A stretch of DNA of 64,000 bases from Octopus sinensis (GCF_006345805.1 NC_043000.1:133734001-133798000); one strand, 5' to 3'. Numbered from the stretch's first letter, positions 1 to 12,747 are shown. Notes: generated by a model not told the origin, from the letters alone. Translations and numbers: made by a program.

Positions 1-36
1 CTCATGTTAACGTCTCAAAATTCAAAACTACACACC

Positions 37-72
<36 letters not shown>

Positions 73-458
73 TACTTTCAATAAGAATCTAAAATTTAGC
101 CTCTTGTATCTTATGATCCAAATATCCTTATTACTTTTTCCAAACAGATGATTTCACTGGATACAAAATATTTAAAATTACTTCAACTTACAGAAAGCAA
201 GGACGAGCTTATACTCTTGTTTGAGCGTCGAAATATGCATTGCGGTATTTATTCTGACACTTAACGTTCTGAGTTCAAATTCCACCGAGGTCAACTATGC
301 CTTTCATCCCTCCAGTGTCGATAAAATATAGCAGCATTTAAAAACAAGGATTGAATTAATCGGCTAACCCCGTCCCATCAAAATTGCTGTCCTTATGCTT
401 AAAGTAGAAACAATTATTAACATGTGTTGGTTTGGCAGAAATGGCAGAGTAAAAAAAA

Positions 459-875
459 GGCGGCGAGCTGGCAGACACGTTAGCACGCCGGGCGAAATGC
501 TGAGCGTTATTTCGTATGCCGTTACGTTCTGAGTTCAAATTCCGCCGAGGTCGACTTTGCCTTTCATCCTTTCAGGGTCGATAAATTAAGTACCAGTTAC
601 GCACTGGGGTCGATATAATCGACTTACCGTCTGTATGTCCTTGTTTGTCTCCTCTGTATTTAGCCCCTTGTGGGTAGTAAAGAAATAGGTATTTCGTCTG
701 TCTTTACGTTCTGAATTCAAATTCCGTCGAGGTCGACTTTGCCTTTCATCCTTTTGGGGTTGATTAAATAAGTACCAGTTACACACTGGGGTTGATGTAA
801 TCAACTTAATCCCTTTGTCTGGCCTTGTTTGTCCCCTCTGTGTTTAGTTCCTTGTGGGCAATAAAGAAATAAGAA
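459..875 (+). mobile_element. tRNA-SINE family A, full copy plus tandem 3' unit
   Basis: Head ggcggcgagctggcaga...; central gcctttcatcctttcggggtcgataaa; tail aaagaaata followed by a repeat of the body. Confidence 0.85.
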
Positions 876-1397
876 ATGGTAGAGTATCAGACTAAACGCT
901 GAACAGAATTTAATTTCCTTTTTACATCTGTGGTTCAAATCTCGTCATGATTAATTTTATCTTCCATTTCTTTTGGTCGATAAAATAAATAAGATTTAGG
1001 AAGGGAGTTGGATCAATTTAATCCGTTACATAATCTCATCTTCATAAATATTTGAGCTTGTGACAATTAATAACATATACAAAAAGTTAAAATGGTGCAC
1101 ACAACAAAATACTGTTCTACATTTGAGATGGAGCTACTACTATCTATATACACATTCTAGATCGTACCCCCATAGAAGTCACCCAAGTGATTGACAAGTA
1201 CTTGACTGGTACTTAAATAATTGCTAGGTCCTTCTCCATGACAGTTCAATCTTTGGTCTACAGACTTGCAATCTTCTCACTCTGCCTTTTCCATTGTTAG
1301 TTACAACAGAAGCTTCTGGACTTCAGAGCTGGCCTGTTCGTATTATATATCCACTTAACCCCATACCTAACTCTACTGTCCTTCTGGAGTCATCTAT

Positions 1398-2440
1398 AAT
1401 GTGTCCCCAACTGGTGAAGTACTATCTGTGATTCAAGAAAAACTAGTGACAGACACCCATCTAAAAGAACGCACTAATATACCAATAAGAAACCTGATGG
1501 AAATGTTGACCTTCCGTGTAGAAATGACCTAGTTCAGTATGGACACTGATATATATCGACAAGTAGAGGGTTTAGCTATGGGTTCGCTATTATCACCAAT
1601 ACTAGCCAAAATATACGTGGAATACTTTGAAAATTTGGCTTTAGGATCAACACCACTAAAACCAACCCTATGGATGCGATATGTTGATGACACCTTTATT
1701 CTCTGGCCCCACCAGGAAGATGTCCAAGTACTGTTAGATCATGTGAACTCAATAAAGCCATCCATACAGTTCACAATGGAAAAGGAAAAAGACAATCAAC
1801 TAGCATTCCTGGACGTATTAATAACACGCACCAAGTATGGATTCAGGACATCCGTATACCGCAAGCCGACCTTCACTGGACGATGCCTCAACTTAAATTA
1901 CCACCATCCATACAGTGTAAAGAGAGAGATTGCTCAGTGCCTAAAATATCGAGCAAAGAATATAAGAAATGATCAAGCTAAGTAACAATCTATTAAGTAA
2001 CAACTACCCCCAAAACATACTATCCACCCCAATTATGATGAAAAGAGGGGATGAAACCGATAAACTGTCCACAGTCTGTCTACCCTATGTGCAAGGCCTC
2101 TCCGAAAAGATACAAAAGATATGTGGCCCAAATGACATTAGTACAGTATTCAAGAGTAATACAACACTGCGTAAATATCTTCTTCGAGTAAAACCACCAA
2201 TAGAAGAGAATATGACCAAAGACTGCGTGTAGTCCATCCCATGCAGCTGTGGTAGGTTATATAAAGGTGAAACATGCCGCCCCCTCGAAATAAGGGTAGA
2301 CGAACATCACAAAGCTGTGACACGAGATACTGATAAATCCAGTATAGCTGATCATGCATGGAAAAATGGAAACCACCTCCCCTTGTGGGATGAAGTCAAA
2401 ATAATAGACGGAGAACACCACTGGAAAATACGAAAACTAG
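1398..2440 (+). mobile_element. Penelope-like retroelement remnant (RT + GIY-YIG endonuclease)
   Basis: ORFs 1539-1985 and 1969-2232 contain QVEGLAMGSLLSP and RYVDDTF, followed by LPYVQGLSEKI and SIPCSCGRLYKGET...IADHAW. Stops and frameshifts present. Confidence 0.9.
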
Positions 2441-2889
2441 CTCTTTCTCACTGGCTCTTTCGTGGGTATGCATAGTAAGTGGCCAAGCATCTTAGGCCAT
2501 CTTACGGCGATGTTATTCCTCTCGGTCTTTTCAGAGTACAGAGAACCAGTTCAAGTACCTTTCTAAACTGAAGATCACGCAATGTGGAACTCAAGTCACA
2601 AGAACATTAATTTAGTCTAAATACTCAAATAGCTCGTGAATCCATGCCTCTCCAGTTCTAACCATTGCTGACTTCTTCTGGAGAGATTTAGTGAAAGAGA
2701 AAAGAAGAATCGACCTCAGTACTTGACTGGTACTTTATTTATCGACCCATAAATATATGGTTGACTAGGTGAGATTGAAACTCGGTTTACAGAGAACCGG
2801 AATAAGACCGTTCTAGCCTGAAGAATGCAATGGTATTAAACTTTCATCACAAGAAAATTGAGAAATTGAGTTTAAATAGTCTACAACAT

Positions 2890-3400
2890 ATATAGTACAT
2901 TTCCATCTTCTCCTTTGCTAGTGATAGCAAGATCGAATTATTCGCAAGGTGAGGGGCATAGTAATCTACTTGAGTTTATTTTACCAACTCCACAAGAATC
3001 TATAGTAGGGAAAGGAGGTCACTTCCAGCCTCAACACTGAATTCTCCTATGAGGACAAGTTTGTCAATATGATGAACTTCTGCAATGACTAAGTATATCT
3101 AGTTGTAGAATTTGTCAGTTTACTGCTCAGAGCAGGGTATGGTCGGAGCATAGCAATTCACAAATGTGATAGAGGAATTTTTCAAGCTGAATAATAAGTT
3201 TCATGATACGATCATTGACATTATTTTGAAAGGACTGGGATTTAACAAGATCTGATTTAACGGCAACACTTACAGTTAATTTGGCTGTGTTCTTTACTTT
3301 TAGCCATCCAGAAAGATGCATAACCACACCAAATTTTACTTTGGAAGTTCCAGCCAGTTGAGTCTCGTTGAGTACAGTGATTCAAATGCTGCACTTGCAA
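2890..3400 (-). mobile_element. RTE-type LINE APE endonuclease fragment
   Basis: Minus-strand translation gives pieces such as VNDRIMKL, LVLIGEF and SCGVGKINS..LL, typical of RTE endonucleases; degenerate. Confidence 0.6.
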
Positions 3401-3432
3401 AGACCACGCTAAATGAGTGTTATCCTACATTC

Positions 3433-3866
3433 TGGATACATTGAAACTCCGACGTCTGGCAGCTGACTTGGCAGACATCCATAAAATTATTAACCATTTT
3501 ACTAACAATAACTCTGAGCACCTTTTCAAACTCCACCTGTCTAACACCCGTGGACATGTTTACAAAGTCAGAAAACAGCACAGCTCCCATGACTTTCGGA
3601 AACATTTTTTCACGCTAAGAGTTGCTGAAGCATGGAACAAATTGCCAGCATCAGTTGTTAGTTGTCGGAGCACTGCATCCTTCAAAACTTCCATGCTTCT
3701 CGAGATTCGCCAACACTACACCTGATTTTCTCCCCTCCATACGCACGCAAGCATGCATCTGACTCATTCACTGTTCACTTCCCAGACATTTGTACATTAC
3801 TGCATATGCTTTATACGCGCTTTTGACAAGTTGTGGTGTACCTGAGCACTGTATACAATAATTCAT
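3433..3866 (+). mobile_element. CR1-type LINE 3' end (copy 1)
   Basis: DTLKLRRLAADL...TRGHVYKV...RKHFFTLRVAEAWNKLP RT C-terminus plus 3'UTR. Confidence 0.85.
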
Positions 3867-3867
3867 A

Positions 3868-3904
<37 letters not shown>

Positions 3905-3914
<10 letters not shown>

Positions 3915-4520
3915 GCTTAAATATATACATTACTCTTACACACATTCAATCTACTCGCCATTTATACCACCACGACACTGGACACACACACACACTACTA
4001 CTCAACACACGCTGGCACGCTACATACGCCCCCACCCCTTCCCCTCCCTCCCTCCTTCTTCTTTTCTTACTACTGACCTTTGTCTGCTAAGTTGACCATT
4101 GTCTCGCCCTACCTCACACGCCTACACACAGACGCACACACTAACACAACATATATATTTTTTGTTTTTTCATCTCGCCTCACACACAACACATACACAC
4201 ACGCACACGCACACACTCACACATACACCACACATCTGTTGCGTTACCAACCTTGTCTCCACTCTTTTGCCTTTAAAAACCCACTTTGCTCTGTTTTCGT
4301 AAACATCCGCCTTTCACCATGTGCAACTCGTAAACACCAGTCGTCTTTTTTCTCTTTCCCTGTTGCCCGCTCTGGGATCTTCTTCCTTCTCTTCCTTCTT
4401 TCGTTTCCGACGAAGAGCTCCGCTCGAAACGTCATACCTCCCTGCTTCCATTTCCTGAGCGCCTATTAATAATAATACTGTAATTGTTCCATTGTTGTTG
4501 TTTTTTTTGTTTCCCGTTTG
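3905..4520 (+). mobile_element. Pyrimidine-rich element with minimal hammerhead-like motif, probable Penelope pseudo-LTR
   Basis: Motif at 4403-4437 with hammerhead topology; flanks resemble 58170-58330. The pLTR assignment is an inference. Confidence 0.5.
4403..4437 (+). ncRNA. Minimal type-I hammerhead-like motif with variant core (CCGACGA)
   Basis: gttt CCGACGA a GAGC tcc GCTC GAAAC GTC atac: stem II 4 bp, GAAA, palindromic ACGT, NUH = GUC; U4 is replaced by C. Confidence 0.5.
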
Positions 4521-4534
4521 GATAAAATTATATA

Positions 4535-4575
<41 letters not shown>

Positions 4576-5154
4576 GGATCGTCCTTTCGTTCCAAGAACC
4601 AAGATTATGATGTTTCTCTGCGAGCTTGTGCAGGTTTGAAGCAAGAGCAAATAGTTTTTAGGAATCCTTTTCTTTCTTTCTTCCCGAGTTGGAAAAAGCA
4701 GTGCTCAATCTAAATAGGCCTGTTTTGTCATGACACGATCTATGAGTTCTTCGTAGGTTTCTACATTCGCCCAATGATTGCCAGTGGGTTGAGCTCAAGC
4801 GAGGGACTTCAGGCGATATTCTACCTTCACTTTCCTCTTTCGCCTTCAATCCATCGCCATTTGACCAGAATGCATGTGGAATAGCGAAATGCTATGGCAG
4901 ATTGTCCAGTTAAAAACTAATACTGTTAAGTCACATGATAATTGGAAAATTTTAAAATCTGAGACAAAATGAAATGCAAAAAAAAAAGGTAAAAAGTATG
5001 CACAGATGCAATGCAAATACATGTAGGTATGATTTTCACATGCACGCACACAAACAGACACCCATCCAACACACACACGTCGGCAAAGCACTCAACTTAT
5101 GTAGGAATGCAATTAAATATACTTACACAAACATATATACTCATATATATACAA

Positions 5155-5572
5155 AGGCGGCGAGCTGGCAGAAACGTTAGCGCGCCGGGCGAAATGCTTA
5201 GCAGTATTTCGTATGCCGTTACGTTCTGTGTTCAAATTCCGCCGAGGTCGGCTTTGCCTTTCATCCTTTCGGGGTCGATAAATTAAGTACCAGTTACGCA
5301 CTGGGGTCGATATAATCGACTTAATACCTATGTCTGTCTATGTTTGTCCTCTCTCTATGTTTAGCCCCTTGTGGGTAATAAAGAAATAGGTATTTCGTAT
5401 GCCGTTATGTTCTGAGTTCAAATTCCGCCGAGGTCGGCTTTGCCTTTCATCCTTTCGGAGTCGATAAATTAAGTACCAGTTACGCACTGGGGTCGATGTA
5501 ATCGACTTAATCCGTTTGTCTGTCCTTGTTTGTCCCCTCTGTATTTAGCCCCTTGTGGGTAGTAAAGAAATA
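5155..5572 (+). mobile_element. SINE family A, full copy plus tandem 3' unit
   Basis: Same architecture as 459-875. Confidence 0.85.
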
Positions 5573-7669
5573 TATATACTCTTATATATACAACTAAACA
5601 TATATATTATATCTATAGAAATAAAATTACATATTTCTTCTTACATAGATACATGAGAATATCAACGCGTGTGCATATGCATGTACACACACACAAATAA
5701 TATAGATGATAGAAAAGTTGTAAAATCGCCTGCAGGATTCGGATGTCGTGACTGCTGAAAACAGAATAGCTGGGCTAATTACAACACCACAGCGACATCA
5801 CTACCCTCAGTTACCTAAATTAGTAGTAGTCTTGAATTAAATAGCTAGAAGAATGTGAACGAGGATCTCAGTTCACACACACACACACACACACACACAT
5901 TATATATATATATATATATATTATATATAAAGAGAGAGAGAGAGAGAGAAAAGGAAATGAAATGAAGAATACATGCGAGTGTGTGTGTGTGTGTTAAGGC
6001 AAGGAGCACGAAAAGAAGATAAACACAAGAGAAACAATTTTTTACAAAAGTATTTAACACTTAAAAAAGACGGGAAGGGGCCTTGGCATTTTGGACCCTA
6101 GTAGTGCTCATGGGCACACGGCACAGTTGCCCAGGGGCCCTACAGCTCTCAAAGGGTCCGATTCTAATCTATATATGCTGTGGCTTGCTGTCAATAAATA
6201 AATATTGTAGGGTCCATTGATTTGCCCGGGAACATATAACGAATGCTTCTAAGACGATTCGGGACACTAGCCATTTTATATAATATGTATGGTACATACC
6301 ATCGTGATAGATAGATAGATAGATAGGCGTAGGAGTGGCTGTGTGGTAAGTAGCTTGCTTACGAACCACATGGTTCTGAGTTCAGTCCCACTGTGTGGCA
6401 CCTTGGGCAAGTAAGTGTCTTCTACCCCCAACATCACTTGACAACCGATGTTGGTGTGTTTAGGTCCCCATAACTTAGCGGTTCGGCAAAAGAGACCGAT
6501 AGAATAAGTACTAGGTTTACAAAGAATAAGTCCTGGGGTCGATTTGCTCGACTAAAGGCGGTGCTCCAGCATGGCCACAGTCAAATAACTGAAAAGAGTA
6601 AAAGAGATAGATAGATAGATAGATATATAGATAGATAACGATGGCATGTAGCAATTGAAGTGAGAGGAAGAAAAATACCATTTATTAATTGATATGGCCC
6701 TTATTTTCATCATTACAGGTTATTTGTTGTTCTGCTATATATTCTGTAGATAGTTAAATTCATTTTTTGTTGGTTGGAAAAGGAAAGAGAGAAAGAGTAA
6801 AAGAGACTAAACAAGTAGAGAGAGTAAGAGCAATGTAGTCGTTGGCATAAAGGCGCTTCCTCTATCATATAAGTTGGAAAGTTTGATGTAGGTCAGAGAA
6901 CAACGAAAAGCAATGAGTTTATCTTTCTTGCACTGCGTTTAACCCAAGAATGTTAGCTTAAACAATAGAACCTAACAGTGACAGTTGACCTCCAAAGTTT
7001 CTTAGTGGAAAAGGTGAGAATAATAAGGAAGAGAACTTGTAGGAAAATGTAGATTCGGTTTCGGATCCTGGATTAGAAATTTGGAAGTTATTCTTTTGTT
7101 TTTTTTATCTATATAAACGCCAAAATTCCCTCCCTTCTTTTTAAGTGCTAAACTAATATCAAGAAGTTAAAAGAGCAACAACACTTTGGAAGTGTTCTCT
7201 GGAGTTTAAAAGGCAAAGTCATCTCTAATCACAAAATTAAACGCTCAGTTATCGAATCCTACAGCAATGATCACAAGTGCTCCCACAGCTTATCCAAAAA
7301 AGTTCTTTATCCTTATACAATGCCTTTAAGGTGGTAAATTATAAATCGGTGCTGACTTTTGTTCATATTCCCAAGGGAAATTTATCCTACAATCTTCCCA
7401 GCTACCTATAGGTTGATATTGTATCTGTTTTAACAAACTCTTAAAGTTTTTCATACGTCTGCCTTTTCCCTTCCCTCCAGAACATTTTCATCTCTTTGCC
7501 TATGATTCTCTATTCTAACATTAACTTCCATTCTCGATGCATGCCTTATTATTACTAGTAGTACGAAATTTTTTAATTCCTCCATTTTTTGTATTCATAA
7601 TAAATAATTAATTGTACCTATACTGAATTTACCACATACGTGGTATGTATGTTAAAACACATAAAAATA

Positions 7670-7902
7670 AAGGCGGCGAGCTGGCAGAATCGTTAGCACG
7701 CCGGGCGAAATGCTTAGCGGTATTTCGTCTGTCGCTACGTTGTGAGTTCAAATTCCGCCGAGGTCGACTTTGCCTTTCATCCTTTCGGGGTCGATAAATT
7801 AAGTACCAGTTACGCACTGGGGTCGATGTAATCGACTTAATACCTATGTCTGTCCTTGTTTGTCCCCTCTATGTTTAGCCCCTTGTGGGTAATAAAGAAA
7901 TA
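7670..7902 (+). mobile_element. SINE family A with 18-bp flanking direct repeat
   Basis: ggtatgtatgttaaaaca at 7642-7659 and 7903-7920. Confidence 0.88.
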
Positions 7903-9329
7903 GGTATGTATGTTAAAACAAACTGCATTCTTAACAATATAATTACACCACCATCACTAGTTTTTGACCAGTTCTTACTCCCTGTCCTTGGGTTAGAGGT
8001 GGGTGCCTCATCTGGGATTCCATAGTGTGTGATTCTTTTACTCCCTCCCACGGGATGCTGCAGCAAATGGGGGGGGGGTCACTGCTTCCGTAGCCGAACG
8101 GAACAAAACCCTGAAGTATCGGGACCTGACAGTGAACTATCTCTTCCAACCTGTAGCATTTGAGACATTTGAGGGGACTGGGCCACTAACTGCGAAGTTC
8201 TTGTCATCGTTGGCAACTCACCTCACCGAGATGTCAGGCGATGCCCGTGAGGGCGCTTGACTTTCAGCCTCGCCCGTAGTAATGCTGCGAACGTGTTGGC
8301 TTGCTTCAATGGGTTCCGTCGAACCTTGTGGTGTGCGACCAATTGAAGCACTTGGTACTACGTTGTTGTTTTTTTTCTTTCTTCTCTTCTTCTCTTTTTT
8401 CTCCCCCCCCCCGCGCTTTTTTCTTTTCTTTGTTTTTCTTTTGTGAAAACTTATATTACGAAAGAATCATGACTATTGTTTAGGGTTTGTATTTTAATGT
8501 GGTTTTGTATTTTTCATACATCATATACATACGTGTTATATATGTAATAAAATTACCCACTAAACTGTCACATTTTGTATGCCAGGTTATCTAGGACAAA
8601 TTCCAATTTAACATTTCTTTACTAATCGCTATCAACTCTGACCCTAACTTCACTATTTATCGTAGGTAACCTATGTTTGTATTAAAAATATTGCTCTTTA
8701 CGTATGTATGTCTGCTTATTTTCTTGGTCGACCACCTGCTTGGTAGCAAGGTTGTGAAGGAATGCATCTAGATTTCATCATCATCCTTTAAATCTTAAGA
8801 AAGTCTTGCGGATTTCTCCAGTCCCAGATTTCGTGATCATTTGTAGCGCATGAATGAAGGAGTTGCATTCCTTCCCTAAGAACCTACATTCTGCAATATT
8901 TTACTCCAGGCGGCCTTGTGCATATCTCGTTGCCCCAGTAATAATAGCTATGAAACTGAAAAGTGTACTTTGGGTACTGTATTTGCGAACTCCTTATTGT
9001 CCTCTTTCTCCTGTGTTTTTTCTGGCCACATTGGTGTCCAGAGGGCAGCTGATTTTCACACAATATGAATTGGCCAGTTGGTTTTAACTTGGTGACTGCT
9101 TTAATCTTTAAGTTACCCTAATATCCTTTTGATCAATCAGTCGCAATATAGTCAACTTTGTTTGTCTTTTCGATTTTCTTATTCTGTTCTAGAGTGTTGT
9201 GGTCACCGCGTTACAAGAAGAAAAGATTATTTCACAGCTGGTAGTAATGTTCTTGAAGTTTTCAGTTTTACTTTTGCACTACCTATATTTGTTGTTCGTC
9301 AATTTTCTGACTTTTATCCTTACTAAGAC

Positions 9330-11040
9330 ATTGAATTTTGCCAAGTTAATTTTTTTAAAGCCATTCGATTCTAGACTTTGCTTCCACACCTGAAATTTCT
9401 TCTCTAGTTCTGGTAGTGATTCAGCTATAAGAACAAGGTCATCAACATAGAGGAGCTCTCAGAGGCAGTCTGTCTTAAATGTTTCTGTTATTGCCTGGAG
9501 GACTTCAATGAATAGGAAGAGGTTGAGGGCTGATCTTTGGTGAACCCCTACTTGTACTCTGAATATATCGCTGTACTCGTTGCCAACCCTCACCTTACTG
9601 ACTGCATCCCTGTACATGGTTTGTACAGCACTTATCAACCACTCATCTATCCTCAGTTTCCGCATTGACCACCAGGTAAGGGATCGGGGACCCTGTCAAA
9701 GGCTTTCTCAGTGTCAACAAAAGCCTAGTACAGAGGTTTATCTTTGACTAGATACTTCTGCAGCTGCCGTACCAGAAATATAGCATCAGTGGTGCTTCCC
9801 CTTGACACAAAACTAAATTGCATCTCATCTAGACTAACACTCTCCCTAATTAGTTGGGTCATAACCCTCTCCATGACTTTCATCACCTGATCCAACAATT
9901 TGATACCTCTGTAATTATTTCTTAAACATCACCTTTACCTTTGTAGCAGTTGACTATGATGTTGCTACACCAGTCATTGGGTATGACTCCTTCGTGTACC
10001 ACCTGATTAACTATATGGGTGACTAGACCATAACCTGCAGTGCCAGATATTTTAAGCATTTCAGCTGTTATTCCTGATAGACCAAGGGCTTTCCCCGTTT
10101 TCATATCCTTTGTGGCTTTGTCTACAACGCTACTGTCTATTCGCTTTATTGGTCCCTCTGTTGGGTCAGCTTTAAGCAGACTCTCCTTCTCCCATGAGTT
10201 CTCTACATTTAGTAACCTTTCATAGTGGCACTTCCAAGCCTTTCTTTGCAGAGTCATCAACTGCAAGTGAACCATAATCCATGCAAGCACACTTCTCTCC
10301 TACAACATCACAATTTTCCCTGGCACACTGTCTTGCAAACTGAGACACTTTTAGCCGTTGGTCCTCACGTTGCAGAATATTGGCAAACTTCTTCCTTTCT
10401 GCTTCACCCCTGCTTCCTAGATTCCCGATATAGTTCCTTGTTACCACCACCCTTTCAAGCCTGTTTCTTTGCTCTAATGGTCCTGTCAACTATATTGTTC
10501 CACACTATGTCATTCTAGATTTGGTTGGAACTTTGCACCTCACACAAATTTTGTTCTGTGGATCTCCGTAAGTTGTTTCGTAGGAACTTCCAGTTATCCT
10601 CTATATTGCAAGTCTGTAGTTCATCCTTATTCTCATCAAATACTTCAGTTGGGAGGTCCCTAAACTTTTGATTATTCAAAGGATCCTTAAGCTCCCATAT
10701 ATTTCTTTTCGTGCCTGTAGATTGATTTCACTAATGAGTAATCTATGCTGAGAGGTACATTCTTTACGAGGCAAGGACTTTGCATTTAAGAGCAACCATT
10801 AATCCCTTTTTCTGGAGAGAATGTCGTCAATCGGGCTAGCATGGTCACTGGATTTATAGGTTATCAGGTGACTAGTTGGCTTTCTGAAGTTGGTGTTGGA
10901 GATCAATAGGTCATTTGCATCACAGAACTCCAGCAACCTCGTTCCTTTCTCGTTTCAGGAACCAGTTCAATGGTCCTCGTGCACTCCATGAAAGACACCT
11001 GGGTGTGCCCAACTTGACCATTGAAATCACTAGCTACGAA
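9330..11040 (-). mobile_element. RTE LINE fragment (end of endonuclease through RT)
   Basis: ORFs 10220-10489, 9922-10290 and 9459-9665 give GLSGITAEMLK, IPNDW..IIVNCYKGKGD, VRVGNEYS...VGVHQ and ELLYVDDLVL; disrupted. Confidence 0.9.
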
Positions 11041-11498
11041 GATAAGCTCATTTATCTACGAAGCTACGTCATTTGTCTTCGAAGTGGCCTGCAAAAGGTT
11101 GTCATAAAAAAGGGTATCATAGATACATAATACTAAAAGTTGCAAATGAGTTTTAAATAACTTTCAAAGACTGTACTTTAAAATTTAAACGTATTTCTAA
11201 AATCTCTGGCTGTCAAAAAGAGAGAGAAAGGTAGACAGGGATGGTGGGGTGTAAACAGATTGAAGTTGATTGTGATTCAAAAAAGTTTTTATAAAAGCTG
11301 ATGAACCTGACTTGTAACCACCCAACACTAAATAAATACAGATTCATTCATTTATCCAGTGATTTACTGCTGACACATTTTAAAGATGAAAATATTGCCG
11401 AAATAAGCCTTGCTTCTGTATGTTGACTATAATACATCCTTTAAATTCAGCAATCGAATTCATCGGCTGGCCACAATACAGTGTAATTAGTAATATTT

Positions 11499-11690
11499 AT
11501 CCCCACTTAAAAGCAGATATTGCGTTAGTGATAGTTATCACAAGAGAACTTTTCATATGAACTTCTCATATGAACTTGTGGTAGATATAAGCACTCTTAT
11601 TTATATACACAAGTCCATATGAGAGGTTTTCTCGGTGTAACTATCGCAGTATTCTGTGTTCTAACACAACATCCACTCTTAAGTGGGGAT
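11499..11690. mobile_element. Degenerate foldback MITE
   Basis: Outer ATCCCCACTTAA / TTAAGTGGGGAT plus inner gatagtta...ctcatatg(a/g)acttgtg inverted arms. Confidence 0.55.
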
Positions 11691-12223
11691 ATTACGTTTT
11701 GGTATAAAAACTGCTTCTGTCACTATTAATTGCTATTAATTTGAGAAGGAAGCTTTCCACATGTTGGAAGGTTGCGAGAATGGGGGTTCATGTTATTGAG
11801 TTGGCCCATGACGCTGAATACCCTGTTCCCTGCCCTATGTACAACCAATGCTATTTACATAACGAGCCAGGGAAGGAGCCTCTATATGGTTTCTCAACAT
11901 GTTAGAAGTAACTACTGAATCATCCTACAATCTTCAAGAACGGAAGACGCGTTAGATACATTTTGTCCCAACTAATAAGGTTGCCTTTGGAATGCTTTTG
12001 TGCATGGGTTGCCTACAGAATTGCCCTTGTGTATGCGTCTGTTGGATCAGAGTTCACCTAGGGCTAAACTCAAACGTAAGTCTATGCCAGCAAAACTTTA
12101 CTTCCATAATCATATGCTATATATCCTCAAATACTATAAATGAAATTGTGAACAGGTATAAATATAATACGTTTATATATTTGTTGTGCAAGATTTTTTT
12201 GTGAAGTCGTGTGTTGAAACAGA

Positions 12224-12465
12224 TATTGTTATATTTCGGAATGGTCATTTTGCCAGTTTAGCCAATAAAAACACACGCACTATATATTTGGTGTTATTTT
12301 GCTTCAGTATTATTTATTTTTTACTTTAATCTTAATCTTATTTCGGCCAGAGATTAAGATTAATGTAAAAATTAAATAACACTGAAGAAAAATAACACCA
12401 AATATATAGTGCGTGTGTTTTTATTGGCTAAACTGGCAAAATGACCATTCCGAAATATAACAATA
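12224..12465. repeat. Near-perfect foldback (about 115-bp arms, about 12-nt loop)
   Basis: tattgttatatttcggaatggtcattttgccagtttagccaataaaaacacacgcactatatatttggtgttattt... and its reverse complement. Confidence 0.85.
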
Positions 12466-12479
12466 AATATAATAGTTTT

Positions 12480-12747
12480 ACCAATTGACTGCGAGCGAAG
12501 AAACCATATATACGTGCTGTGATCCATATTACCATATTCCGGTGAATAATTTATAAAAGGCGTTTTTTTTTTTTGGTGTTGGGGGGGAATTCGAGAGAGG
12601 GAGAGGAAATGTCTGTTGTCATCTTACACACCAGATGTTTTCTATAGTTGCACATAATGCAAATGGCATATTTTCTCAATTTTGCTCGTCATTAAATAAT
12701 TGGGGATATTCTTCGTATGCACCGGTCGGTGGTTTACGAGTGCGAAC
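12480..12747 (+). promoter_or_regulatory. Probable NR2C2AP promoter/5'UTR region
   Basis: Unique, locally CpG-enriched sequence directly upstream of the ATG exon; contains ATGCAAAT at 12657-12664 (weak evidence). TSS not determinable. Confidence 0.45.

Noticed and set aside
148-224. Possible terminal exon on + after tttttccaaacag (DFTGYKIFKITSTYRKQGRAYTLV*)
   Set aside because: The acceptor is plausible, but two frames are open, no family is recognised and upstream exons would lie outside the window.
459-540. tRNA-like heads (here and in other SINE copies) as tRNA genes
   Set aside because: A/B-box-like sequence continues into SINE bodies and lacks a complete cloverleaf.
2568-2600. CTGAAGA...GAAC as a hammerhead after the Penelope remnant
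   Set aside because: It lacks GAAA and has no credible stem I or III.
12530-12536. ATG|gtaata on - as first exon of a divergent gene
   Set aside because: No convincing downstream exons were found in 1-12500.
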